Origin: an uncultured Chlorobiota bacterium
GTDB taxonomy: Bacteria > Bacteroidota > Bacteroidia > Bacteroidales > JAADGE01
DNA length: 64,000 bases
Direction of reading: 5' to 3'
Assembly (NCBI GenBank): GCA_947311445.1
Contig: CAMZKV010000042.1
Coordinates: 2,982 to 66,981, forward strand
In this document: piece by piece, positions 18,176 through 28,327 of the stretch
How positions within the stretch are numbered: the first letter of the stretch is position 1
How the letters are laid out: each line of letters opens with the position of its first letter
Notes under the pieces: model-generated
What the model was told of the DNA's origin: nothing
What the model saw: the letters and a program-made list of their open reading frames with translations, nothing else
The model's database searches: none
Translations under genes and position numbers: made by a program

Positions 18176-18718
18176 TTATAAACTTGCTAAGATTTCATCT
18201 ATATCATAATCATCACTGTAATCTGTTAAAAAATTAGATATTTCATCTTCGTTTGCATTAATCTCAAATTTTGTTTCTTCTTCATTAGAATCTGATAAAG
18301 ATATAATATCTCCATCATAAATGTAATTTTCTGCTCCCAAGTATAATTCCATCATATCATATTCATCAAAATTTTGTTTATTGCCTATGATAGTTTCTTC
18401 TTTATTAATAACAGTTGTTTTTATATTGGTTTTTGAAAGTATAAATTGCCACATAGCAATAACAACGACTATTCCTGCTGCTATCGTTAAATATGGTTTT
18501 AATATTTCAAATATTTTTTGTGGCTTTTGTTTTTTGTTTTCATTTTTTGGTATAAAGTTTTCAAAATAAGTATCGGGAACTGAAAAAGGATTTTTTTTGC
18601 CAAATTTTTCTTTTAATTTTTCTTCATAAATACGAGCTTTTATTTCATCAGAAAATTCATTAAAATAATTATTCGGAGTCTTAAATCCTTGATTTTTTAT
18701 ATTTATTTTTTTGTTCAT
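18176..18718 (-). CDS. putative anti-sigma factor (single-pass membrane protein)
   Basis: 180-aa ORF immediately downstream of the ECF sigma gene, with one central TM helix (LTIAAGIVVVIAMWQFIL). Confidence 0.45.
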   Translation of the reverse strand: MNKKINIKNQGFKTPNNYFNEFSDEIKARIYEEKLKEKFGKKNPFSVPDTYFENFIPKNENKKQKPQKIFEILKPYLTIAAGIVVVIAMWQFILSKTNIKTTVINKEETIIGNKQNFDEYDMMELYLGAENYIYDGDIISLSDSNEEETKFEINANEDEISNFLTDYSDDYDIDEILASL

Positions 18719-18772
18719 TTTTTTTATTACTTTAAATTGTAATATTTTTGAATAAACTAGATTCCAGTTTTT

Positions 18773-19333
18773 TCAGTTACTATCAGGGTTTGTTTTTACA
18801 AATTCTTCGATTTTTTTAACTGCGTGATGGTATGATGCTTTAAGACTCCCAATTGAAGTGTCTAATATTTCAGCCATATCTTTATATTTTTTTTCATCAA
18901 AATATTTCATATTAAACACAAGTCTTTGTTTTTCCGGCAAGTTTAAGATTGCTTTTTGCAGAATTAATTGTGCCTCATCTCCATTGAAATATTCGTCGCT
19001 TTGTAAATTATTACTTAAAAATTTCTCATAGGAATTAATGGATTCTTCTATTTTTTTCTTTTTTTTGTTTATAAAAGTTATTGATTCGTTTGTTGCAATT
19101 CTGTATATCCAAGTGTATATTTTAGATTTTCCTTTAAATTTTTCTAAATATTTCCAAACTTTAATAAATGTATTTTGTAAAACATCATCTGTATCATCAT
19201 GGAGCAATACAATCTTTCTAATATGCCAATATAGTTGTTCTTTGTATTCTTCAACAATGTTATTAAAAGCATTATCAAAATCTTTTTCTTTAATTAATTG
19301 ATTTATTTGGCTTTCTTTATTTGTTGAATTCAT
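18773..19333 (-). CDS. ECF-type RNA polymerase sigma-70 factor
   Basis: 186-aa ORF with sigma region 2 (DDVLQNTFIKVWKYLEKF...TWIYRIATNESI) and region 4 (LPEKQRLVFNMKYFDEKKYKDMAEILDTSIGSLKASYHHAVKKI). Confidence 0.9.
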   Translation of the reverse strand: MNSTNKESQINQLIKEKDFDNAFNNIVEEYKEQLYWHIRKIVLLHDDTDDVLQNTFIKVWKYLEKFKGKSKIYTWIYRIATNESITFINKKKKKIEESINSYEKFLSNNLQSDEYFNGDEAQLILQKAILNLPEKQRLVFNMKYFDEKKYKDMAEILDTSIGSLKASYHHAVKKIEEFVKTNPDSN

Positions 19334-19471
19334 TCTAAAATTAGTTCTACTATTTATGTAGTTAGTAAGCTCATTAGTATAAGGTGAATAAAACTTAAAT
19401 AATTAAGTATATTTTTTTAGTAAATACATTTATTTGACAATAGATAAGAACAAAGGTTTAATTTTTATACG

Positions 19472-19506
19472 TAAAAAAACTGCAATTTATTTGTAAACTG
19501 CAGTTC
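19472..19506 (-). terminator. rho-independent terminator of the 19530..20336 gene
   Basis: Stem AACTGCA (19478-19484) / TGCAGTT (19499-19505). On the minus strand it is followed by a T-run (complement of AAAAAAA at about 19473-19479). Confidence 0.55.
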
Positions 19507-19529
19507 ATTCAATATTTTTTTATAAAAAT

Positions 19530-20336
19530 TTATCTTAAAAGTCTTCTCAGCCACATTTCAGCAGCATAAACTTTTCTTGTTGTCCAACTATTTAGAGGTA
19601 TATTTAAGCCTGTTTTTATAAAGAATGTTCCTTTTGGATATCCGGCAAATGGTTTAACTCCAATAGTTGCATCTTCATAATTTTTACTTAAAAAATTTCC
19701 TACTACATAGTTCGCTTCAAAATTTAAAAACATATAATTAAAACCGACTATTCCAGCAAAATTCCCGGTTTTCATCATATCTTTATATTTTTCAGGCTGA
19801 CTTCTTTTAATTGTTTCATTATAACTAACATTTTCAGATTTTAATAAAAACAAATTATAGCTGTATGATACACCGGCATATATATATTTTTGAGTTTTAT
19901 AGAATTTCTTTCCATATTTTAAATAAACAGGCAAAGTTATTTGAGAAATATTATACACTTCTCTTAATTTATATATTTCTGGTGCAGGTGTCGTTCCAGA
20001 AGGAAATGTTGTTTCATAATTTGCTGCAATTCCGTATGTTCTGTAGTCTATTCCAATACTGATACCGGAATTACCTTTCTTTAAATCATGGTTATATATT
20101 AAAGTTCCGTAATAACCGGGAACATAATTTAAATTAATTCCTTTTGCTGGAACTAATTGTAAATGGTCTCCTTCCGGAGAAATTAACATTTTATTTGGTA
20201 ATTCAGCAGGTTGTTTGCTAAACAAAGTGTGCGTTGCACCAGCTTTTAAAGAAAAATAATCATATTCACTATTCCATTGAGAGAAACTTAATCCTGAATA
20301 GAAAACAATTAATATTAATACTATTGACTTTTTCAT
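19530..20336 (-). CDS. outer-membrane beta-barrel protein (porin-family-like)
   Basis: 268-aa ORF with a signal peptide. It shows alternating aromatic/hydrophilic beta-strand pattern (GAANYETTF, GFNYMFLNFEANYVVGNF). Confidence 0.55.
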   Translation of the reverse strand: MKKSIVLILIVFYSGLSFSQWNSEYDYFSLKAGATHTLFSKQPAELPNKMLISPEGDHLQLVPAKGINLNYVPGYYGTLIYNHDLKKGNSGISIGIDYRTYGIAANYETTFPSGTTPAPEIYKLREVYNISQITLPVYLKYGKKFYKTQKYIYAGVSYSYNLFLLKSENVSYNETIKRSQPEKYKDMMKTGNFAGIVGFNYMFLNFEANYVVGNFLSKNYEDATIGVKPFAGYPKGTFFIKTGLNIPLNSWTTRKVYAAEMWLRRLLR

Positions 20337-20374
20337 ATCTATTTTTTTATGCTTTTTTACTTAATTTTACTTTT

Positions 20375-22015
20375 TTAAGGTCTATAATGCCAAAAATCAT
20401 TAAATTTTCCACTGTTCAACGGACCAACCCATGATCCATTCCAACCTGTTCCAACATATCCTCGATAATCATCATCACTAATTTTTATTCCTGCTCCAAC
20501 AGCTTCATATCTAGCGTTCCCTACTGCAACATATTCTCCTGTTCCATCGTCTTTTATCATTCCAAAATCAGCTCTTCTATCCCACGAGTTTGTAAATGGA
20601 TTATATCTCCAGAAATCTCTAAGAACATCTCCGTTTGCATTTCGTCCTAATCCAATATAACCATTCTCTCCAAGAGCAAACCCAATGGCATCAACTCTTG
20701 CAAGTGTATCATGCAAGCCTGCACGAGGAGTAAATCTTAAAGATTTATCATAAGTTTGATTACATCTGTATAAATCACTTTTGAAATTTCCGGCATTATC
20801 TCTTCCTCCAAAAAGATATACTTCTTCTCCAATTTTAAAAGAAACAGCTTCTGTTCTTGGTCCTCCTTGAAAATCAAAACTACTTTCGTTCCTCCATGTA
20901 CCTTCTACGGCACTTCCAGATCTTTCATTGGGGTCAAAAACATAATAATTACTTCCTACACTTCCTGTATATGTACCTCCAAGAACATAACCAATACTTC
21001 CAATGGAAAAACCTATTGCATTTTGAGATAATTGTCCGGGGAAATTATATTCATTAGCAGCATTTGTAATATTTGTCCAACTTGACTCAAATCTACTTAA
21101 GTCTATTCTATAGAATTGAGAGTTTAATGAATTATCATCTTTTTTTCCAAGGCCAAGATATAAATAATCAAAAGTAACTCCATTTATTTTTACATTTTCA
21201 ATAACAAAACTTACAGCATTTGTAAAATTGTTCCCAAACCCAATATTAAAACTATTATAAATATTATCTTCCCAAATATTATTTTGTGGATCATATCTAT
21301 AAAGAGTTATGTGAGTCCCCAAAGAGGCACTTGTATGCCCCTGAACCACAAACATATATCCATCATAAGTAAATGAAGTAGCACCTTTATATTCAAATGA
21401 AGGAAAATCAGCAGGAGAATTTTCCATTGTTCCTCCAACCCACAAATCTAATGGTGTGTCTGTAGTAAATTTCAATTCTCTTTGGTTGTATGCAATATCT
21501 TCATATACGGGTTCGCCATTTTCAAATCTACCGGTTACAACAAATGAACGAACATAATATTCTGTTTCATACAATAGTCCGAAACCATTACTGAAATCCA
21601 TTCCTGCTTTTAAATCATCTGATGTTAAGAAAGCATTAGGTTTTGAACTAGAGCCTTTAAAAGTGTATTTTGCTCTTTTATTTAATCTATTAATTAAATC
21701 AATTTTACCAACAGAATCATATCCACAAACAACAGGATTTGGACTTTTTGAATATACGTGTCCATATATTAAAATACTGTCAGACAATATTTTATCTGCA
21801 TTCTTTTTAATATAGGTAATACCTGTTTGTATTATTGCATAATTATCTGTAGCAATAATTAAACTATCAGGGTTTGCACTTATATATTTTACTTTCCCAT
21901 CAGGAGTAATAAAAGTGCCTCCATCAAATTCTCTAACAATTGAATAAGGGTCATCATTAAACTTACAAGAAGAAACAGCTAATAGCAGAACTAAAAAATA
22001 AGCAATTTTTTTCAT
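20375..22015 (-). CDS. lipoprotein with Kelch-like beta-propeller repeats
   Basis: 546-aa ORF. Lipoprotein signal (LLAVSSC) and repeated GG...Y..D...N.W motifs (YLFGGRDNAGNFKSDLYRCN, DFWRYNPFTNSWDRRADF). Confidence 0.5.
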   Translation of the reverse strand: MKKIAYFLVLLLAVSSCKFNDDPYSIVREFDGGTFITPDGKVKYISANPDSLIIATDNYAIIQTGITYIKKNADKILSDSILIYGHVYSKSPNPVVCGYDSVGKIDLINRLNKRAKYTFKGSSSKPNAFLTSDDLKAGMDFSNGFGLLYETEYYVRSFVVTGRFENGEPVYEDIAYNQRELKFTTDTPLDLWVGGTMENSPADFPSFEYKGATSFTYDGYMFVVQGHTSASLGTHITLYRYDPQNNIWEDNIYNSFNIGFGNNFTNAVSFVIENVKINGVTFDYLYLGLGKKDDNSLNSQFYRIDLSRFESSWTNITNAANEYNFPGQLSQNAIGFSIGSIGYVLGGTYTGSVGSNYYVFDPNERSGSAVEGTWRNESSFDFQGGPRTEAVSFKIGEEVYLFGGRDNAGNFKSDLYRCNQTYDKSLRFTPRAGLHDTLARVDAIGFALGENGYIGLGRNANGDVLRDFWRYNPFTNSWDRRADFGMIKDDGTGEYVAVGNARYEAVGAGIKISDDDYRGYVGTGWNGSWVGPLNSGKFNDFWHYRP

Positions 22016-22290
22016 ATTTAATACTTTTTAATTATTTTTTATCTTTTAAAAACATAAAATTATACAAATAAAACTAAATAAATTCAATATTTATTATTTA
22101 TTTGACAATCTATTTGTTTTCTTTTGCAAATATTATACCTAAAACGACATAAGTATATGTCTGTTTTTCATATTTATTAAATAAAAAAATGACAATTTGT
22201 CTTATGTATATATTTGGCAAAAATTTTGATATTTTCTCGAACAGTTTAAATATTAAAAAAATCTTCTTAAATATTTAATAAAAAAAGAAA

Positions 22291-22839
22291 ATGGCAAAGA
22301 AAAATAAAAAAGATAGCGTTAAAAAAGACAAAAATCAAACGGTAAATTCTGAGAAAAAAATTTCAGTAAAAAAAAATAATAAGAATAAAAAAATTGAAAT
22401 AGATTTTGAAGAAAAATATAATGAACTTAATGATAAGTATCTTAGGCTTACAGCAGAATACGATAATTACAGAAAACGTACGCTAAAAGAACGTATGGAG
22501 TTAATGAAAAATGCGGGAGAAGATATTTTAATTAACTTGCTTCCTGTTATTGATAATATTGATAGAGCAAAACAATCAATTGAAGATGCAAAAGATTTAG
22601 ACTCTATAAAAGAAGGTATAAACCTGATACATAAGAATATAGTTGATTTTTTATCAAATAGAGGGATTTCTGAAATAAAAGCAGAAGGAGAAGTTTTTGA
22701 TACTGATTTACATGAGGCTATTACGAAAATACCAGCTCCCAATAACAAACTAAAAGGAAAAGTTGTTGATGTAATAGAGAAAGGTTATAAAATGAAAGAT
22801 AAAATAATTAGATACGCAAAAGTTGTTGTAGGAGAATAA
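22291..22839 (+). CDS. grpE: nucleotide exchange factor GrpE
   Basis: 182-aa ORF. RLTAEYDNYRKRT, LLPVIDNIDRA and the C-terminal GYKMKDKIIRYAKVVV pattern. Confidence 0.92.
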   Translation: MAKKNKKDSVKKDKNQTVNSEKKISVKKNNKNKKIEIDFEEKYNELNDKYLRLTAEYDNYRKRTLKERMELMKNAGEDILINLLPVIDNIDRAKQSIEDAKDLDSIKEGINLIHKNIVDFLSNRGISEIKAEGEVFDTDLHEAITKIPAPNNKLKGKVVDVIEKGYKMKDKIIRYAKVVVGE

Positions 22840-22895
22840 ATGTTTGAAGTTTTAATTATTAAATTTCAAATCAAAAATTATAAATTTCAAACAAA

Positions 22896-24032
22896 ATGAC
22901 AAAAAGAGACTATTACGAAATACTTGGTGTTTCAAAAAATGCTGACAAAACTGAAATAAAAAAAGCATATAGAAAAATTGCATTAAAATATCATCCGGAT
23001 AAAAATCCGGGAGATAAATCGGCAGAAGAAAAATTTAAAGAAGCAGCAGAAGCATACGAGATTTTAAGTAATGAAGAAAAAAAAGCCAAATATGACAGAT
23101 TTGGTCATTCAGCTTTTGAAGGAGGGCAAGGTTTTAGTGGTAGCGGTATGTCTATGGATGATATTTTTTCTCATTTTGGAGATATATTTGGAAACTTTGG
23201 TTTTGGAGGTGGTTTTAGTAGTGGAGGAAGAACAGGAAGAAGAGTAAACAAAGGCAGTAATTTAAGGGTAAAAGTTAAATTAGACCTTAAAGACATTTTA
23301 AACGGTACAACTAAAAAAATAAAAGTCAAAAAATATGTAGAATGTTCACATTGCACTGGAACTGGTTCTGCTGACGGCTCTTTTGACAATTGTACAACAT
23401 GTAGAGGCTCAGGGCAAGTTATTCAAATTAGAAATACAATGCTCGGACAAATGCAAACCTCTAGCACTTGTCCTACTTGCAGAGGCGAAGGTAAAATTAT
23501 AAAAAACAAATGTACACATTGTTATGGCGAGGGCATTGTAAAAGGAGAGGAAGTTGTTCAAATAACTGTTCCTGCAGGAGTTGCAGAAGGAATGCAAATG
23601 AAAGTTGGAGGAAAAGGTAGTGCTCCCAGAAGAGGTGGAATAAATGGAGATTTGCATGTTGTTTTTGAGGAAATTGAACATCCGGAACTCATTAGAGACG
23701 AGGAAGATTTACTTTATAATTTATTTATAAGTTTCCCGGAAGCTGCTCTTGGAACTTCTGTTGAAATACCAACTATTGAAAGCAAAGTAAAAATAAAAAT
23801 AGCTCCCGGAACGCAAGGAGGTAAAGTACTTAGATTAAGAGGGAAAGGCTTACCTACATATGGAAGTTATGGAAAAGGAGATATTTTAGTTAAGGTAAAT
23901 GTGTGGGTTCCTACAAAATTAGAAAAAGATGAAAAAAGAATTTTGGAAAAACTAAAAAACTCTGATAATTTTGAGCCTAAACCCGATAAAAATGAAAAAA
24001 GTTTCTTTGATAGAATGAAAGATATATTTTAA
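22896..24032 (+). CDS. dnaJ: molecular chaperone DnaJ
   Basis: 378-aa ORF. J-domain (DYYEILGV...YHPDKNPGD), G/F-rich region, and four CxxCxGxG zinc motifs. Confidence 0.95.
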   Translation: MTKRDYYEILGVSKNADKTEIKKAYRKIALKYHPDKNPGDKSAEEKFKEAAEAYEILSNEEKKAKYDRFGHSAFEGGQGFSGSGMSMDDIFSHFGDIFGNFGFGGGFSSGGRTGRRVNKGSNLRVKVKLDLKDILNGTTKKIKVKKYVECSHCTGTGSADGSFDNCTTCRGSGQVIQIRNTMLGQMQTSSTCPTCRGEGKIIKNKCTHCYGEGIVKGEEVVQITVPAGVAEGMQMKVGGKGSAPRRGGINGDLHVVFEEIEHPELIRDEEDLLYNLFISFPEAALGTSVEIPTIESKVKIKIAPGTQGGKVLRLRGKGLPTYGSYGKGDILVKVNVWVPTKLEKDEKRILEKLKNSDNFEPKPDKNEKSFFDRMKDIF

Positions 24033-24051
24033 ATATTTATAAATTTGTTTT

Positions 24052-25296
24052 ATGAAAATAAAAAATATACTTTTTTTAATATATATGTTATTTATTCATG
24101 TTTTATACATTGAATCACAAACAATTACATTAACTTTTAATGGAACACCCGAAATTCCAGAACAAGTTATTATTGAAAACTTATCTAACAACACAAGTAC
24201 TACTCTAATTGGAACAAATGTTTTAAACCTAACTTCTGTTTCTATTTTTGAAGTTGATAAAAATAATTATAAAACTTTCCCGAATCCTTTTATAGATAAT
24301 ACAAATATTAGTTTTTATATTAATGAGAGCAAGACAATTAATATACTTATTTACAATCAATTAGGACAATTAATTATTAAAAAAACAAAATTTCTACACC
24401 GTGGGGAAAACATTATAAATTTTATACCCGAAAAAAGTGGTATCTATTTAATAAAAATATTTGCAGAAAACTTTAACCATAGTTCATTAGTAATTTGCGA
24501 AAAATCGACTCACAAAAATCCTGAGCTATCTTTTTCAGTAGTGAATCAAATGAAAAATACTAAAACAAAATCTTCAAACGATATTACTTTTACATTCGGA
24601 GACATTTTAAAATTTACCGGTATTTATTCAAATCACAGCTCAATTATAACTGATTCTCCAACTTCTTCTACAACTTATAATTTTGAATTTTTAAGCTGTA
24701 TTGATTTTGAGAATAACAACTACCCTATTGTAAAGATAGGCTCACAATGGTGGATGGCAGAAAATCTTAAATCTACCAAATATTCCGATGGGACAAATAT
24801 TTCAGGCAGTTATACTTATGACAACAATTCTGCAAATGAAGATATTTATGGCAAACTATACAAATGGGCAGCTGTTATGAATGGAGCAGAAGGAACTAAC
24901 GACAACCCAAGTAATGTGCAAGGAGTTTGTCCGACAGGTTGGCATGTTCCAAGTGAAATTGAATGGGACGAAATGAGAGATGCTCTTGGTGGCTGGGAAA
25001 TAATGCACGGTAAACTAAAAGAAACAGGAACTGAACACTGGTTTACACCTAATAGTGATGCAACTAACGAATCCGGAATGACTGTTCTGCCAGGCGGAAT
25101 AAGATTTGAAGATGGAGATTCTCAATATTTAGGTGAACAAGCATTTTTTTGGACTTCAACTGACGATTTATACGGCAGTGATATTGAAAATGCAAGCGGA
25201 TACACTTTATTTAAAGAACTACCTTCTGCTTCTTACTATATTTATACTTGGAATTTAAAAACAAGAGCACAATCTGTAAGATGTGTAATGGATTAA
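24052..25296 (+). CDS. FISUMP (Fibrobacter succinogenes major paralogous) domain protein with an internal T9SS-tail-like segment
   Basis: 414-aa ORF. The C-terminal half has FISUMP hallmarks (YPIVKIGSQWWMAENLKSTKYSDGT...GKLYKW...GVCPTGWHVPS...GYRFEDG-like GIRFEDG). Residues about 70-150 look like a Por secretion tail (FPNPFIDNTNISFYI...ILIYNQLGQLI...GIYLIKIF). Confidence 0.75.
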   Translation: MKIKNILFLIYMLFIHVLYIESQTITLTFNGTPEIPEQVIIENLSNNTSTTLIGTNVLNLTSVSIFEVDKNNYKTFPNPFIDNTNISFYINESKTINILIYNQLGQLIIKKTKFLHRGENIINFIPEKSGIYLIKIFAENFNHSSLVICEKSTHKNPELSFSVVNQMKNTKTKSSNDITFTFGDILKFTGIYSNHSSIITDSPTSSTTYNFEFLSCIDFENNNYPIVKIGSQWWMAENLKSTKYSDGTNISGSYTYDNNSANEDIYGKLYKWAAVMNGAEGTNDNPSNVQGVCPTGWHVPSEIEWDEMRDALGGWEIMHGKLKETGTEHWFTPNSDATNESGMTVLPGGIRFEDGDSQYLGEQAFFWTSTDDLYGSDIENASGYTLFKELPSASYYIYTWNLKTRAQSVRCVMD

Positions 25297-25303
25297 TATA
25301 TCT

Positions 25304-25579
25304 TCAGCCAACTTTTACAAAAACATATTTCCTATTTCCTTGAATTACTGTACACTTTGCACAATGCGACACATAAGTTACATCATAATCTTCAAGAATA
25401 TTAAATCCTTTGTTTTGAAGCATAAAAGTATTTTTACATTCTAAAACCCCTGTTGTAGAATATCTACTAATGTAGAAAATATTAATTTCAGAGCCTGTTT
25501 CAAAAAAAAACCAAGCACTTTCTCCGGTTCCATCAAGAAACTTGCTATTTTTAGGTATTATATTTTTAATTTCAGACAT
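25304..25579 (-). CDS. hypothetical small protein
   Basis: 91-aa ORF, co-directional with and 31 bp downstream of the 25611..26291 gene. No family recognised. Confidence 0.4.
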   Translation of the reverse strand: MSEIKNIIPKNSKFLDGTGESAWFFFETGSEINIFYISRYSTTGVLECKNTFMLQNKGFNILEDYDVTYVSHCAKCTVIQGNRKYVFVKVG

Positions 25580-25610
25580 TTATTTTTCAAAATTTTATTT
25601 CTTTTATAAT

Positions 25611-26291
25611 TTATATTTGTAATGGAAGCATATAATTACTGATCTGCTCTTTAAAAGAAACTTTATGTTTAAAAACTCCTTGTTCATTTACAGTATAATA
25701 ATAATTATTACAAGCAAAAACATTAGCCTTTGTAAGTGGAGTTAGTAAAAAAGAAAAAGATAACTTTAATTTAATCATAAATTTTGGATTAGATTTTTTT
25801 GCTATTGAAGTAATAAACCTAGAACAATTTGTTCCATTAATTAAGTATGGCCCATATGAAACAGCATCATTATTTTGAATAGTTTTTGCATATTCAAAAG
25901 CTAAACTAAAATCTACATTTTCGAGAACAGATGCATATAACTTACCTTTTCCTTTGCAGTTTTCATTATAAAATATTTCATTTAAAATTTCTTCAATATT
26001 TACTAATGTATTATTGGAAGAAAAAACAGCTAATGCTTTAATTTTAAGACCAGGGTCAGTTTCTTTGCTTCTTGCTCTGCCAAATTTTGTTGGCATATGA
26101 TAACGACCAAAGTCAAAATAATGCAATTCTTTTTTTTCGTGATTTACAATAACTGCAGCTGCATGTCCTGCAATATAATATCCATCTTTTAGGAAACCTA
26201 AAAACTTTGTTGCCACATCATACCATCTTCCTATTGCTTTTGCGGGTGTTTTTGGCCATGCTAAAATTATTATTGAATCTTTTTGGGGCAT
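25611..26291 (-). CDS. hypothetical protein, possible permuted papain-like (LRAT/NlpC-P60-type) fold
   Basis: 226-aa ORF whose ATG overlaps the stop of the decarboxylase gene (ATGA junction at 26291). It has His-containing GHAAAVIVNHEKKELHYF followed about 110 aa later by GTNCSRF, which resembles the H...H...NCxxF order of LRAT-like enzymes. Weak, by eye only. Confidence 0.45.
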   Translation of the reverse strand: MPQKDSIIILAWPKTPAKAIGRWYDVATKFLGFLKDGYYIAGHAAAVIVNHEKKELHYFDFGRYHMPTKFGRARSKETDPGLKIKALAVFSSNNTLVNIEEILNEIFYNENCKGKGKLYASVLENVDFSLAFEYAKTIQNNDAVSYGPYLINGTNCSRFITSIAKKSNPKFMIKLKLSFSFLLTPLTKANVFACNNYYYTVNEQGVFKHKVSFKEQISNYMLPLQI

Positions 26292-27700
26292 TAATTGTTT
26301 ATTTTATGGGCAATATCAATAAAATTTTGAAAAAAGACATCAATATCACCTTTTGTAACATCAGCATTTGAAATAACAAAACGTATTGTCAAATCTTTTT
26401 CAATATATCCATAATTAACCATTGATTTTCCACTTTTTCTTAATTCTTCCCTAATTTTCATATTGAAAGAATTTAAATCAGAAATATTTTTAGTGTTATA
26501 TCTAAAACAAACCGTTAAAGTTTGCACATCTGCCATAAGTTCAAAGCTATTGTGTTCCAATATCTTTGATTTAAAATAATTTGCAATCTCAAACAAATTA
26601 TTAATTCTTTTTTCAAAACCTATATCTCCAAAAAACTTCCAAGTAAGCCAAACTTTAAGTGCATCATTTTTTCTACCGCATTGTATTGAACTTTCACCCA
26701 AGTCGCAATTTTTTTCTTCATTTTCATGAAAAATATAGTCTGCTGTTAGTTTTGTAAGATTTGATTTAAGAACTTTATTGTCATTAAATAAAATAACGGA
26801 TGCAACCAAAGGAATATTCATCAATTTATGAGGATTCCAAGCAAAAGAATCTGCTTGTTTAAGTCCTTTAAATAAATACCTTTTTTTATTACTTAAAATT
26901 ATTGAACCTCCAAAAGACCCGTCAATATGAAAATGACAATTATATTTTTTAGAAATTTTACTTATTTCTTCAAATCTATCAAATGCTCCCAGCATTGTTG
27001 TTCCGGCAGTTCCGGCAATAAAAAAAGGCAATTCATTTTTTTTAAAAGAATTTAATATTGCGTTCTCTAATTCATTAATAATCATTTTGCCTTCTTTGTC
27101 AGATTTAACCTTAATTAAGTTATCTGCCCCTATTCCAAGTATATTTGCAGCAGTAGAAAAAGAGTAGTGTGCCTGATCTGACACAAATGCAGTTAGTACC
27201 TTTGTACTATAAAGCCCATTATTCTTGGAATTCGGAAAAACTTTATTTCTTGCAGAAAACATAGCTATAAGATTTGCATTGCTTCCTCCTGTAACAAATA
27301 TTCCTGAACCTTTTTCAAAACCTGCAATTTTACACATTTTAGAGATAAGTTCTTTCTCAATTAAAGTTGCAACCGGTGCCACTTCAAAAGTGTACATAGA
27401 AGTATTTGTTATGGAAGTTAAAATTTCTGCAATAAATCCCGGTAAAGTAAAACCTGAATAAAGTTGATTAAAAAACTGTTTATTTCCTGTTTTTACACTA
27501 TATTTAAGATAGTTTTCAACTTCATTTATTAATTGTTCTTCTGAAATAGGTTTATTCTTAATTTTTAAATTTAATTCTTTTTTTAAATTAATAGGATTTT
27601 TATATTCAATAACTTTATTTGAATTTTGGATATTATTCTCAATATAATCTAAAATAATATCGAATAATTTTGTTAGAGTTTTAGAGTAATTTGTATTCAT
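26291..27700 (-). CDS. pyridoxal-phosphate-dependent group II amino-acid decarboxylase (GAD/CSAD/DABA-decarboxylase-like)
   Basis: 469-aa ORF. PLP-lysine motif SFAWNPHKLMNIP, HIDGSFGG, and the length and layout of group II decarboxylases. Confidence 0.88.
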   Translation of the reverse strand: MNTNYSKTLTKLFDIILDYIENNIQNSNKVIEYKNPINLKKELNLKIKNKPISEEQLINEVENYLKYSVKTGNKQFFNQLYSGFTLPGFIAEILTSITNTSMYTFEVAPVATLIEKELISKMCKIAGFEKGSGIFVTGGSNANLIAMFSARNKVFPNSKNNGLYSTKVLTAFVSDQAHYSFSTAANILGIGADNLIKVKSDKEGKMIINELENAILNSFKKNELPFFIAGTAGTTMLGAFDRFEEISKISKKYNCHFHIDGSFGGSIILSNKKRYLFKGLKQADSFAWNPHKLMNIPLVASVILFNDNKVLKSNLTKLTADYIFHENEEKNCDLGESSIQCGRKNDALKVWLTWKFFGDIGFEKRINNLFEIANYFKSKILEHNSFELMADVQTLTVCFRYNTKNISDLNSFNMKIREELRKSGKSMVNYGYIEKDLTIRFVISNADVTKGDIDVFFQNFIDIAHKINN

Positions 27701-27721
27701 TTGTTAATTTTTATACTCAAT

Positions 27722-28327
27722 TTATTGAATAGATTTTAATGTTTTAACAATTTCTCTAACAGGCATCCTACGAGTATAATCTTTGTTAAAATATCCGTTA
27801 ATAATTTTTTTGTCTGTCCCAATAATATATGTTGCTGGTACAGGTAATGCGTTATCAGAATTTTTACTTGATTTTTTTAAATTTATACCTCTAAGTTTAT
27901 AAAAGAAATGAGCAAATCCGGAAACATGCCAAGTTACTTTATAATTATCCATTATTTTATGCCCTTCATCATAAACAATACTAAAATTTGCATTTGTTTT
28001 TTTAATAGTTTCATCAATGTAATAACTACTTTCTGGTGTTATTGCAATTATTTTTGCTCCTAAATCAGTAATCATAGACAAGGAATCAGAAAGATCATTC
28101 ATGTATAAATTGCAATGCTTACACCATTCACCTCTATAAAAAATAAGTACAACCGGCTGTTTATTAAGGATTTGATATAAATCAATTTTTTTATTATAAT
28201 TATCTTTAACAGAAAAATTATGAACTTTTGTTCCATTTTCAAGTTTTTGTTGTGCATTTATTGATAACGAAAAAATAATAATTAAAAAAAATGCTGTAAA
28301 TTTAATAATTTTCATTGAATATCTCAT
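27722..28327 (-). CDS. thioredoxin-fold thiol-disulfide oxidoreductase / peroxiredoxin-like protein (secreted)
   Basis: 201-aa ORF. Signal peptide and redox motif YRGEWCKHCNLY (CxxC). An alternative start is MKIIKF at 28315. The 28327 ATG is the last triplet of a repeat module. Confidence 0.72.
   Translation of the reverse strand: MRYSMKIIKFTAFFLIIIFSLSINAQQKLENGTKVHNFSVKDNYNKKIDLYQILNKQPVVLIFYRGEWCKHCNLYMNDLSDSLSMITDLGAKIIAITPESSYYIDETIKKTNANFSIVYDEGHKIMDNYKVTWHVSGFAHFFYKLRGINLKKSSKNSDNALPVPATYIIGTDKKIINGYFNKDYTRRMPVREIVKTLKSIQ

Noticed and set aside
17671-19333. ECF sigma / anti-sigma / periplasmic helical protein cluster as a candidate novel system
   Set aside because: This is the standard Bacteroidota ECF sigma plus single-pass anti-sigma arrangement. 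Nothing in the sequence is unusual.
22016-22290. Search for a CIRCE (TTAGCACTC-N9-GAGTGCTAA) heat-shock operator upstream of grpE-dnaJ; also the TAAGCACTAAAG string at 28487-28498
   Set aside because: No inverted repeat matching CIRCE is present upstream of grpE. The 28487-28498 sequence matches only part of one half-site and has no partner.
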